Assembly: GCF_964194155.1 (NCBI RefSeq)
Contig: NC_135889.1
Location: 97,154,001-97,218,000 of the forward strand
From: Cetorhinus maximus
Lineage: Eukaryota
DNA length: 64,000 nucleotides
Reading direction: 5' to 3'
A program made the position numbers and the translations under genes. Positions 13,362 through 24,609 of this stretch are shown in pieces (the stretch's first letter is position 1; every line of letters begins with the position of its first letter). The notes under the pieces are model-generated. The model made no database searches. It was given only the letters and a program-made list of their open reading frames with translations, and had not been told where the DNA came from.

Positions 13362-13481
13362 CTTCACAACTTTTCCCATCCTGTGCTACTTTAAAACCAT
13401 CACTGCAGTAGCAAGTTGTACCATTTCTTGTGACTGCACATCGATACTGACAATCGGCTTGGTGACAAGTGGGTGAAAACT
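13362..13481 (-). CDS. LRP1B: Internal coding exon (EGF-like module) of an LRP1/LRP1B gene, equivalent to human LRP1B exon 4
   Basis: Minus strand: acceptor ttttctttcAG, 120-nt exon, donor G|GTTTGT; phase 1-1. Encodes (E)FSPTCHQADCQYRCAVTRNGTTCYCSDGFKVAQDGKSCE with six-Cys EGF spacing. CQYxC-RN-CYC-DGF resembles LRP1B more than LRP1 as I recall them. Joins the next exon in frame. Confidence 0.88.
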
Positions 13482-13569
13482 CTGAAAGAAAACAAATTAA
13501 AGTTTGCATTCATAAAGTATTTCATGTAAAAGATTTAAATATGTATGTTTTAATGGTAGAAAGAATTAA

Positions 13570-14239
13570 GGGCAACATTTTCCCCCCATTGGGGAGGATA
13601 TGTGGGAGCAGTATGGGCGGGTGGGTTCCCGATCGGCGCCCCCAGTTGGGGGTGCGCCGCCATTTTACATGGGTGGGCCAATTAAGGCCCGCCCAGCATG
13701 ATGTCCGCCAGGAAGTGCTATGTGCTCCCTATGCGGGCAGGCGGCGGGGGGTGGGGTGGCGGGGGGATTCCCTGAGCCGGGAGTGCACTCTTTCGCACGT
13801 GCGCATGAAAGAATGCACAGATCTCCCTGAGGCAAAGTGCTGCCTCAAGGAGATCAGCTCAGATTTGAAACTTCAAATAAAGATGAGAGAAAAATGTTGC
13901 TGCTATGTCCCCTCATGTGACACTATCACATGAGTTGGGACATGTCCATAACTTTTATTTTGAAATATTCTGAGATTTTTTTTAATCATTCATGAAACCT
14001 CATCCTGCCTGTGGATGACGTTTCATGTTTTTTTAGAAGCCCGCTAGGGCTCCTGGCCTGCCCGCTAACCTTAAGATTGAACAGGCAGGTCTGTTAATGG
14101 CTTCAATTCGTTTTTTAATGGCTGCGCACCCACTGACCTGAAAATCTAAATGACGCAGGGTGACGTCGGGACGCACGCCTGACATCACCCCGCGTCAATT
14201 TACGCGTCGCCCCTGCACACCAAACAGAAGGTTCTGCCC
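13570..14239 (+). mobile_element. Hairpin-array MITE (family A), full length
   Basis: TAA|GGGCAACATTTT ... AAGGTTCTGCCC|TAA; 88 nt from the exon acceptor. Confidence 0.9.
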
Positions 14240-15469
14240 TAAGACTTATTGGATTTCCAATCAATCTGAACACTTATATCAGAGTCAATCTGTATCATTG
14301 TTGAATGCTTCATATCTTGTTGCTCTCAGCTAAATCGTCACTAATGGAGATCCTTCCTGTTCACATATAGCAGCAAGCAACACAAATAAACAGCCATTTT
14401 CAATAGTTCCAAGAAATCTATGCAATCATTCGCATTGTAACTAAATCAATAGCTATTGTGATTACAGAAAGCAAAACAGGATGGTCCAGATGATCAGTAA
14501 TTGCCTAAAAGACAAATGGATATTTACATTCATTTTCATCTAGTTCACAGATTTTTTGTGGAATTATGGCCTCTGACTTGGAGGAAGTTTAGTGAGATTC
14601 AAAGAGGAGATTGTAGAATATAAATCGGATACTTGAGTTTCTACTCCTCATATGGTTTATGAAAACAATGCTGTAGCAATAAAATATTCAGGAGCTTAGT
14701 CTAAGGTCCTCGAGTTGCCACATGGCATATGCCATTACTGACAATATTATCCATGGCCTGTTGCATTATGAGAAGATTGAATCTGTTGCTTGTCCGTGAA
14801 CTTGTGTTTAATCATTCCACAAATAGGATTTCAACACAATTTGAAGGTAAGAGTGGGACAAAGTATTAGGTTGAACAGAAGCATCAAACAACATGCAAAT
14901 CTACCTCAGAACCTTCGCTAATTTTATTTTAAATCACATCAGAAGTAATTTGTTCAGAATCCCTTCTCATTCAAAATTGAACATTTTTGGTTTAATCAAA
15001 TGATTTTAATGCAAATGCAAATTACAGGTGGTTTTATTACAGCTTATGATTGAACCGTTCAAGGCTTATGTCATGGTGCAACATTCTTGTCTACTTTTGT
15101 TTTGGAACAACATTGTGGCATCGAAGGGATGTTTGGCACGAAGATGTACAGGACAACTTATTTAAAGGTCACATTAGCCATGCAAAATTCATTTAGGTTC
15201 CGGTTAACATCCAAAGTTTTAATAACTAAAGAGAAAAAGGAATGTTTTCATAAAGGCATCATAAATATATGAAAACTGTCTTCACTCAATTCTTTTGGAC
15301 TTGATTTCAACCAACCTATCCTATTCATTGAACTGAAACCCAGAAACCACTTACCAAACTAATTACTTGCTATAAACCAACAAAACAGAAATTGTTGCAC
15401 ATTTATGGACATTTGCTGAAATAAATGCACGGTTTCCTAACTATGGAGTACAATAGACATATTGTAAAT

Positions 15470-15715
15470 GCCTTATGAAATATATAAGATGCTGAGGGGA
15501 CTTGACAAAGTGGATGCTAAAGGACATTTCCCCTCGTGGGAGAGACCGGAGCTAGGGGACACAGTTTAAAAAACAAGGGGTCTCCCATTTAAGATGGAGA
15601 TGAGGCGAGATTTTTCTCTCAGAAAGTTGTAAGTCTATGGAATTCTCTTCCACAGAGTGGTAGGGCAGAGTCATTGAACATTTTTTAAGGCAGAGACCAA
15701 GATACATTCTTGGTC
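15470..15715 (+). mobile_element. CR1 3' fragment
   Basis: YKMLRGLDKVDA and tggaattctcttccacag motifs. Confidence 0.75.
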
Positions 15716-16481
15716 AGCTATTTTAAGTCCCCTTCATTAAAAAGAATGCACTTTGGACTAAAAGAGAGTAAATGCAAAATTGAATTGCCACCACATCCAC
15801 AACAATCACTCAATAAGTATATGGATTTCCCAAATGGCTATCATACACAACTGTGACTAATCTTTCCTATAAGCAGACCCCAGCTGCCCTACAATCAGAA
15901 ATCTATGTTTGCCAACTGACATTTCCTCATACAAAAGCATGACACCGGTTTATAATAATGAAACTCTTCATTATGTGAAGTGCATAGTACAATCTCATAT
16001 GTACACCCGTTTGCCCTATCTAGCAGAAGGCTTTTTTAAGCTATCAAGAATATCACCTTCATTGCCTTATTGTTTTTGATGAAATATTGGAATATGTCAG
16101 TCTTGGAGCTTCAAATGTGGTGTACACCATTCTGGCAGTGGTGTTCTGATGAAAAGTCATTGTTCTGAAGCATTAGGCAGAATTTATGTTAATTAGGACC
16201 ATAAAAGAGCCACTTGAGTGCAATTATCCCTGAGCACACTCGGGATTTAACTGCAGCTCAGGAATTTAATGGGGCTCACACAAATCTCCTGCAGCTCCCA
16301 AAAGCCCCCCAGCAGCCAACAACCTAGCAGGGAGTCCTCTGTTTATAGACACTCAGTGCCAATCGAGGGACCCAGCATCAGAAAGGGGAGGGGGGCAGTT
16401 AGGCCAAACCCCTGCCCTTGCATTCAAACCCCTTCTCCAGTGACACTCTCCCTGTGACCCCCATCCCACCCACACCTCCCT

Positions 16482-16968
16482 AACAGACAGAAAACAAAGA
16501 ATGTGGATAAGCAGATCATTCTCAGGTTGGCAGGCTGTGACTAGTCCCAAGGTTCAGTGCTTGAGCCCCAGCTATTCACAATCTATATCAATGATTTGGA
16601 TGTTGGGGGGGGGGTCAAAAGTAATATTTCTAAGTTTGCTGATAACACAAAACTTGGTGGGAATGTGAGTTGTGAGGAGGATGCAAAGAGGGTTCAAGAG
16701 GATTTGGACAGGCTAAGTGAGTGGGCAAGGACATGGTAGATGGAACATAATGTGGAAAAATGTGAAGTTATCCATTTTGGTAGGAAAAACAGAAATGCAG
16801 CGTATTTGGGAAGTGTTGATGTCCAAAGGGACCTGTGTTCTTTTTCATAAGTCAGTGAAAGCTAACATGCAGATGTCACAAGCAATTAAGAAGGCAAATG
16901 ACATGGTAGCCTTTATTGCAAAGGGATTTGAGTATAGGAGTAAGGAAGTCTTGCTACAATTGTACAAT
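16482..16968 (+). mobile_element. CR1 reverse-transcriptase fragment
   Basis: LFTIYINDLD...ISKFADNTKLGG...QEDLDRLSEWARTW; IAKGFEYRSKEVLLQLY. Confidence 0.9.
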
Positions 16969-16974
16969 TGGGAA

Positions 16975-17135
16975 TATTTGATGGTCATAGATCCTTTGAG
17001 CCTGCTCCGGAATTCAATATGATCATGGCTGATCCTGTATCTCAACATCATGCTCCTGCTCTCTCCCCATGCCCCTTGACTTCTTTAGTGTCTAGAGCTC
17101 TTTCTATTTCCTTCTTAAATATACTTAGTGACTTG
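16975..17135 (-). mobile_element. CR1 3' tail fragment
   Basis: gagcctgctccggaattcaatatgatcatggctgatc is the reverse complement of the tail type seen at 34270-34350. Confidence 0.7.
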
Positions 17136-17349
17136 AAATTAGAAATATCCTTAATAAACATATATTTATTAGTCAGCCTGAAATAGGTAGTGTGTTAAGT
17201 TTTATTTTCCTGGAAACTACTTAATATTTAATTTCCCTAGAAACAAACCAGTGGAATAATTGTCCTTAGGTTCTTAGGATAGCTGTAGCTACCCCAAAAA
17301 GGAACCCATTGTAAAATAAAGCCTCTGTAATAGTAGGAGAGCAATTTGG

Positions 17350-17558
17350 GAGAGACGCTGGTATAGTGGTATTGTCACTAGGCTAGTCATTCAGGGGCCC
17401 AAGCTAATCCTCTGGGGGACATGGGTTCAAATCCTGCCACAACAGCTGGTAGAATTTAAATTCAATCAATAAAAATGAATTTTGAAATATAAAGCTAGTC
17501 TCAGTAATGGTGACCATGACAACTGTCATCGATTGTCATTAAAACCTACTTGGTTCAC
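17350..17558 (+). mobile_element. tRNA-derived SINE 5' part, truncated
   Basis: Pol III A-box TGGTATAGTGG and B-box GGTTCAAATCC, followed by a non-tRNA body; interrupted by the next element. Confidence 0.7.
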
Positions 17559-17561
17559 CCC

Positions 17562-18196
17562 TTGTAGGGTTGGGTGGGTTGGGGGGGGTGGTGATAAAAG
17601 ATCAAAAATGGGATAAAAAGGGGGGATAAAGCAATGAATTAATGAATGAAATACAAATGCATAAAAAATAAAAATAAGTGTCCCATGAACTCTCTCCTCT
17701 ATCTTCACACCCTTTTTAATCCCTTTTTTCAAAATTCATTTTTATTATTTATCGACTTATTTTTATATTTTAAATTTAAATTTATATTTATTCTTTTATT
17801 CATTGCTTTATCCCCCTTTTCCCATTTTCGATCCTTTTTTCCCACCATCGCGCCCTCCCCCACTCCTCCCCCCACCCCCCTCAAGGGTCATCTATTACTT
17901 GTTCATGGTGTTCTTTTCAGAGAGTTTGCCCTTGTTCTGCTATTATCACATTCTGCTTTATTACCTTTGCCACTATCAGCACCTTTTTTAGCCCTTACAA
18001 CTACCATTAACACTCCCTTTATCATTTTGTTCATGACATCTTTGTCAATCTCTCCTCTGACCCCACCTATCGTTGGCCTTCTATCCAGCTTAACCTGCTT
18101 CACCCCCCACCCCCCCTTAAACAGTATAAATTTAATCATATTTCTACTTATCTTTAGCCCTGAAGAAGAGTCATAGGGACTCAAAATGTTCACTCT
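17562..18196 (+). mobile_element. Penelope-like terminal-repeat segment with 5' inversion, ending in a hammerhead-like motif
   Basis: 17565-17680 is an imperfect inverted copy of 17755-17885; the body is related to 11568-11994; CTGAAGA-A-GAGTC-atagg-GACTC-aAAAT-GTT at ~18160-18190. Confidence 0.7.
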
Positions 18197-18640
18197 GGGG
18201 AGAATTTTCACTCCATTGGGTGGGCCAGTCGGGAGCTGGCATGGGCAGGCGCGGAGCCAATTGCCGCCCGCTATTGGCTGCGTGCCACCATTTTACGTGG
18301 GCAGGCCAATTAAGGCCCGCCAAGCATGACGTGTGCCCGGTCAGCGCTACCTGTGTGGGCTGGGGGGAGTAGACTGAGTCAGGGCCTGCGCTCTTTCACA
18401 CATGCGCACGAAAGAGCGCAGAAATCTCCCTGAGACACGGAGCTGCCTCAGGGAGATTAATTTCATAATAAAACATTGTAAAAAAGAAAAGATAAAATTA
18501 TTCAGACATGTCCCCTCGTGTGACAGTGTCACATGAGCTGGGACATGTTTATGAATTTTCATGAAAATTTTTATGAATTAATGAAACCTTCATGAAAGCT
18601 CATCCCGCCCGTGGATGAGGTTTCATGAAAAATGCGATGT
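18197..18640 (+). mobile_element. Family A MITE, 3'-truncated
   Basis: Starts GGGGAGAATTTT; four shared hairpins; no right TIR. Confidence 0.85.
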
Positions 18641-18979
18641 GCAGAGAATTTTTGATCTTTTCTCAGCATGTTCCCATCTTATCTTTGCAAGTAAACCAAT
18701 TGTTTTATTCAAAAAAAGATAATGCTTTCGGTTCATTTCCTTCCTTTGTGCACATTTTCCCCACCTTTTAGATGCTTTCCTTTTATCTCCTGGCCCTGGT
18801 CAGCTCCTTTGCTCTTCTTTGCATGCTCCTTGCTCCCTTATTGGCTCTTCATGACTCTCGACTGAAATCATGCTCCCCGAGAGCTACATTTCATTTTTGT
18901 GCCCACCTTTTTGGTTTTGGTTGTTTTTTTACCTTCAAGTTTTCCCTCTGGTACTTGGTCCTGTCTGTGCTGTCTAACA

Positions 18980-20775
18980 GGGCGGGATCATCCCAGATTT
19001 GCACTACGTGCTGTAGCGGGCGGGAAGGAGGGCGTTTTACCCGCTGGCCGCAATGGTGGGTTTTCACGCCGTATTGTCCCATTCCCACCTCGTTATTTAT
19101 GCATTCCCGGGAAACACACTGGGTCGCTGGCAGAGCATCCTCTGATTCGCCTGCCCTGCCTTTAGCTCAGTCCTTCAGTAAACCATATTTAAAGGCCGCC
19201 CCTGCAAAGAGCTAGCACTCTTCAAGGGAGAGAAAGCTGCTGGGAACTGATGGCTGCCAAAGGGAGGAAACATGCTGCCCCTAGATTTAGCGACGCCTCC
19301 CTGAAGTGCCTTCTGGACACAATGGAGGCCCACTGTGATGTCCTCTACAGCAGCTCTGGGCAAAGGACAGCAAGTAAGGTCACCAATTCAGCATGGTGGC
19401 AGCGGTCGTCAGTGCCAACCCCCTGCAAAAGAGGACAGCCAGAATGAGTCACTCTTCTCATCACCCTCAACCCCATCACACATCCACTGGGATCTCACAC
19501 CTCAAGGGACAACACCACTAACTCTCACACACACCCTCACATCTCCATCAGGCTCATATCCTCTGGATTCACATCCTCATCGCGTCCATGGCTCCACTCA
19601 CCACACAACCACTCCACGCAATGTCATGTGCCCTGCTCACTCTCTCCCCATATGTTTTCATGCAGGAGAAGCTGGCTCACAACAACAGGGAGAGGTACCA
19701 GAGTGGGGGGTGGAGTGGCTCACATTAGGCCCCTCACTCACTTTGAGGAGCGTGCCATTACACTGACTGGTGAGCTCGTGGATTGTGCCTGCAGTGATGG
19801 TGAGGTCAGTGGTGAACACCCACGTGAGGATCCTGAACCACATCATCCCTCTCTCAACACCACTGTGAGTGGGTGCTCACTCTCATGCTTTTGACTCTGC
19901 TGACATGCACTAATTATCTCTACTTTGGTTCACTGGGAGCTCTGCCAAGTGACCGATACCCTCAGACAGCCAGTCCCTCAGCTCCATGCCGGTCTGCACC
20001 TCCAGCAAAGAGGACACCTCCTCCATTGAGGAACTGGAAATAAGCAGCCTGCAAGACCCATCATAACGCTTATCCACACTTTCCACCAGCACAGAGACAC
20101 ACACGTCAATGGGACCTAGGGCCTAGAGCAGACTCAGCACACAGTCTGGTGGTTGCTGCATGGACATGTGTCCAAAGCAGAAGGAGACTGTTTCAGCCAA
20201 GCTCCCCAGCACTCAGAGGACTGCAGGGGAAGAGTAATCTGTGACGTCCAAGTCAGATGATGAGCCTCTGGATTTGGCCTTCCAGCTCATCCTGGACAGT
20301 CAGCAGAAGGTGGGGGAACATCACGCAGAGCTGTTGGAAGCCCTCAACAGAGTGGCTCGTGAGTCGGAGGAGTGTGTCCGCCTGCTCTCTGATGAAGTGG
20401 TGCCCACATGTGCGTGCATGGAAGCCTCCATGGGAAGGATGGCGGACACCATAGAGACCCTGGTCCAGCAGAACGCGGAGATGTATCCAGACCTTATCAC
20501 GGTAGCCATGGATGAGTTCCTGCAGTGACAACGCAAGGGGGAAATGGGGTACCTCAACGTCCCCCCAGGTGCTCTTTCCTTCAAGAAGTCACGTCAGGTC
20601 CCTCGGGCACTCGAAGGGAGCAGGAGCGGTAGTTGGACACCCCTGGGTGATCCACTGAAGAATCTCAGAGGTTGTCCTTTCCCTCCAAGTCCCCTGTGAC
20701 CCCCTCAATCTCATCCTCTGTCATCGCAGAGGGAGCAGCTGGCCCACAGGAGGACAGCCAAAGCAAGCCCTGTCA
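18980..20775 (+). pseudogene. Harbinger element remnant with a decayed Myb/SANT (trihelix, NAIF1-like) DNA-binding gene
   Basis: ATG 19250 MAAKGRKHAAPRFSDASLKCLLDTMEAHCDVLY...SAW, then frameshifted VAAVVSANPLQKRTA. Acceptor tttcatgcAG at 19665, then EKLAHNNRERYQ.GGGVAHIRPLTHFEERAI. Later acidic and coiled-coil-like segment at 20241-20528. TIR-like GGGCGGGATCAT at 18980. Confidence 0.82.
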
Positions 20776-22414
20776 CATGAGCTAGGACATGCCCACAGTA
20801 TAGGGATGACAAAGGAAACATATCACAAGACAGAGAGGGATTGCTAGAGAGAATGATAGGAAGACAAGATTTGAGAGAAGAAAAATCAGGGAAGAGAGGT
20901 GTGGTAGGCAGAAAGGAGGAGACACAAGGTCAAAATCTCATATCCCCTTTGGTCCTGTACTGCCAATCTGGAGCCTCATGATACTTATTTTGTGATCTCG
21001 GTCTTCCCACACCCTGATCGTGTTCACATCACTACCCTTTCTCTCACTATCTTATTGGCCCTTAAGCCCCACTCCCAAATAATAAATAATTCTGCTGCTC
21101 TGTTCCTTTCATTTGTCTCTCACTTCTCTATGGCCACATCATCCTCCTGCCCAACTATGCTTCAAAAGAAATGAGTTTATCCCCAGCACCAACTCTGTTC
21201 CAAAGATATTCCCCATGCATGTCTGACCTGCTCCCTCCTTGCCATGCTCCTTCCTCCCAATCTCTGCTCTCTGCCTACATTTTAATAGCTTACTGCTCCT
21301 CCCCTTCTTCCCTCATCTGCAGCATAGTTTCCCTGCTGACGTCTTCTCAGCATTTCAGCCTTCTCACAGGCCTACTTCCCTACTCTTCTATCTGGCAGCC
21401 TATCCTCTCCCCAGCTTTACAACCCGCAAACTCTCCTCCCTCGTTATCATTAGACTAAACCTGCAGAATAACAGCAATAGAGAGACGCTTTTATATTCAT
21501 TACCTCCATCTCTATTAACTAAAATAATCACTGCTGTATTCTATGCCCAGGATTATATTCATTTAATATGCTGGGACTCAGTCCTCCAATCAATTTTTCA
21601 TTCAATGGTGCCCACTGCTGTGTGAATGCATTAATTCATTCATATCTTGTATTAATTCGTTCATCTCATTTCCTGATACCCACTCATCCATTAATTTATT
21701 CAATCCCTATTTCCTGCTCCTATGTCAATTAATTTATTCAATGGTGTCCAGTACCCTCAAACTATCCCGACTGTTCTCCAATCTTCATCCATAACAGTTT
21801 CTGCTTCAGAATAAGGCGGTATGCATTTGGTTTTCATTACTGCAATTTCATTTTTTCCTGGTATGGTTACATAATTGACTTACAAGAGCAGCAACACACT
21901 GTGATTTAACTTTGCTAATTTACTCCCCTTATTTTTCATCCTATTATAGGGCTAATACTGTTCTCCAGTTTACTCCTATCAACTCATTTGGTAAGATTGA
22001 AATATAACTTTTCTCATACAGTTACATAGCAGCACAGGAGATTAACAGTCATTCTTTCTCTGATATGTAATGTATATGCACATTATTAATAGTTACTCAC
22101 TTGGAATTTTGAAAAATCATTCTACTTAATAATTTAACATCTGAAGTTGTGATGCTCTATTGCTTATTGAAAACTAGCAAAATTGCATGGAGCAATAGGT
22201 TAATTCAATAGAAAGGTCACTTTACTTGTTATCCTGAACGTATTATCATATGCTTATTCATCTGTGAAGGCCCTTGAAATCACCAGTAACAGCTGGGGTC
22301 CTTATATATACTGAACAGGTGTCTCATACATGCTGGAAAATTTGGAATTAACTGGACAAAACATGTGCCTCCCATGTTCTGCTCTGAATTTTAGTGTCTA
22401 GAATAACCTGAACA

Positions 22415-22730
22415 GTGTATACAGCAGTGCATACCATCTGCAAGGTGCTACCTCTGCCACCAAGAAGGACAAGGGCAGCAGGCTCATGGGAACACCAATG
22501 CCTCCAAGTTCCCCTCAAAGCCAAATACCATCCTGACTTGGAACTGTATCACAGTTCCTTTTCTATCACTGGGTCAAGATCCTGGAACTCCCTCCCTAAC
22601 ACCACTGCAGGCTATATCAGATGGACTAGAGTGATTCTAGAAGGCAGCTCACCACCACCTGTTCAAGGGCAATTAGAAGTGGGCAATAAATGCTGGCCTT
22701 GCCAGTGACACCACATCCCATGAGTGAAAA
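22415..22730 (+). mobile_element. 3' end of a second CR1-clade LINE (family B)
   Basis: SWNSLPN; tail caccaccacct...gggcaataaatgctggcc...cacatcccatgagtgaa; similar to 28372, 52680 and 56425. Confidence 0.85.
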
Positions 22731-23252
22731 GAATGGTACTTATCGAGATGGTAGGATGCCGCCAAGAAAAAGGCAAGTAAGAATGTGTTTCTTTATTTTA
22801 GTTAATAAAGTAAAAAAAAATGCTCTTCCTGATTTCCCAGCAAATGTCAACCTTCCTTTCCCCCCTCCCATACACTTCATCCCTTCCCCACCCTCCTCAG
22901 TACTTACCGGCAGATAGACTTCAAATTGGAGCTTGCTGAATTTTCCAGGGCTCTGCCTATATTTGGCAGAACTCTTCAAAGACATTTCATAGCACCAAAC
23001 AATACAAGTTGATATCCAGATCAAGTTTCACTAAATTTCAGACATTTTAACAAAGATAACACTTCAGTGTAATATCTACCTTAGGGGGTAATGTTGTGCT
23101 ACTCAATCATCCTTTCTATAATGGCTTTGTTCTCTGAAATCAGCTTCGGAGCAGTAATTAGGGAAAATTGCACGCAGACCTTGTTCATGCCAACCTACCA
23201 TCATTTACATGTGGACTATGTCCAGGCTGACAGGTTTCATTGAGGACAATTT

Positions 23253-23757
23253 GGGTGCAATTTTCCTGGGTGGTAAAACAATGATATGTTTTTCTGTCCT
23301 ATCCAGCCATCTTCCGTGTTTCAAAAACCACCAACTGTACCCAGTAGTGCTGGACATAGAGCAGCCTAATCTACCATTCTTCATGGAACCCGTAGATGGC
23401 CTAAATCAGGTCATACATGTTTTTTTGGAAAAAAAGTGTTGCTTGTGGGACCAGATGGGGCAGTAATGCTTCTCCTGATCCAATAAAAAATTGCCACTGC
23501 TAGTGCCCAGTTGTTAATGGGCCTCTGGGATCACCACTCCAACGTAACCCAACTCAACCTGTGCGGTTGATACTCACTCATCCAACCTGCGAGCCATTCT
23601 TAATGTCCAGCATGATAATGAAATGCAGACATCAAAATGTTTTGGGCCTCTGACCGCTTTCCACATGACGGGCCGTGATCCTGCTCTGCCTATTTCCCCA
23701 CAATGCACACCACCCCGCCCTGGCCCCTGATAAAATGGGCACAACAAAATCAATCCC
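23253..23757. mobile_element. Possible old MITE
   Basis: Ends GGGTGCAATTTT / AAAATCAATCCC; no clear TSD. Confidence 0.35.
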
Positions 23758-24360
23758 ATGGTATCACATATTTTGTGAGGTGGCGGGAGAGGGGTCGGTC
23801 ATTTTTTCCACAGAAATATTTTAGAATAGAGTTGCTCTTTGATTTTTGAAGCAATGCATCCATACAAGCTTTTTCAAAATAAAACACTGAAATGAAAAAT
23901 GATTACATTGCTAATGTGCTAGGCACTGAAGTTGTTTTCCCCAAAGACTCCAAACAAAAGCAATTCATTAGCCTGTCTTAGTAAGCAATGAACATCTCAT
24001 ACCCATTGTGTTGGGAGGTCCCTGCTTTCAGGCAATTGACAAATGTTGTCTGACATGGGCCCTCCTCTTGGGCTGAAAACACAGGGAGATGAAAACAGAA
24101 ATACTCACTAACAATCAGCTTTTTATATAGAGAGCTGAAAAGGCCAAGCTCTCACCAGTCTAAGCAGAAGCATATTCATAAGTTATTTTATTTAAATCAA
24201 GCAAAATGGTGCAAAGTTTAGTGCTTTTTTATTTTGTAATATTATACAAAGACAATTTGTTTTGATTTAACCAACTATGGTAAGCCTGGTGGTTATAATA
24301 CCCCGGTAAATAATGAGCTCCTTCCAGGGAAGTAACCATAAAAGCTACTGATAGTTGTAA

Positions 24361-24605
24361 GTTAAAGATCCCATAGCAGTATTTCAAGGAAGGACAGCAG
24401 AGTTCTCCCCAGTGCCATGGTCAATAATTATCATTCAACTGACATCACTAAAAACATATATTTTTTATCTAGTTATTATTGTTGTTTGCGGGGCCTTGCT
24501 GTGTACAAATTGGCTGCAGGGTTTCCTGGATTACAACAGTGACTACACTTCAAAACTAATTTCACCACATCTAACATTATTTGGGGGGTGATTAAAGACA
24601 CTATA
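24361..24605 (+). mobile_element. Deu-domain SINE fragment (SacSINE1/AmnSINE-like)
   Basis: gttaaagatcccatagca... and aaattggctgc...ttacaacagtgactacacttcaaaa match the Deu-SINE core and tail as I recall them. Confidence 0.7.
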
Positions 24606-24609
24606 TATT

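Noticed and set aside
13327-13509. ORF-track 60-aa protein as a stand-alone gene
   Set aside because: It is the 120-nt exon read through intronic flanks.
13990-14030. Hammerhead inside family A MITEs (GATGAG, GAAAC)
   Set aside because: These bases pair with each other in a simple hairpin; the CUGANGA core and three-way junction are absent.
17350-17435. tRNA gene
   Set aside because: A and B boxes are present, but there is no convincing cloverleaf and it continues into a SINE body.
17646-18176. 176-aa hydrophobic 'membrane protein' ORF
   Set aside because: Translation of a T/C-rich Penelope-type repeat.
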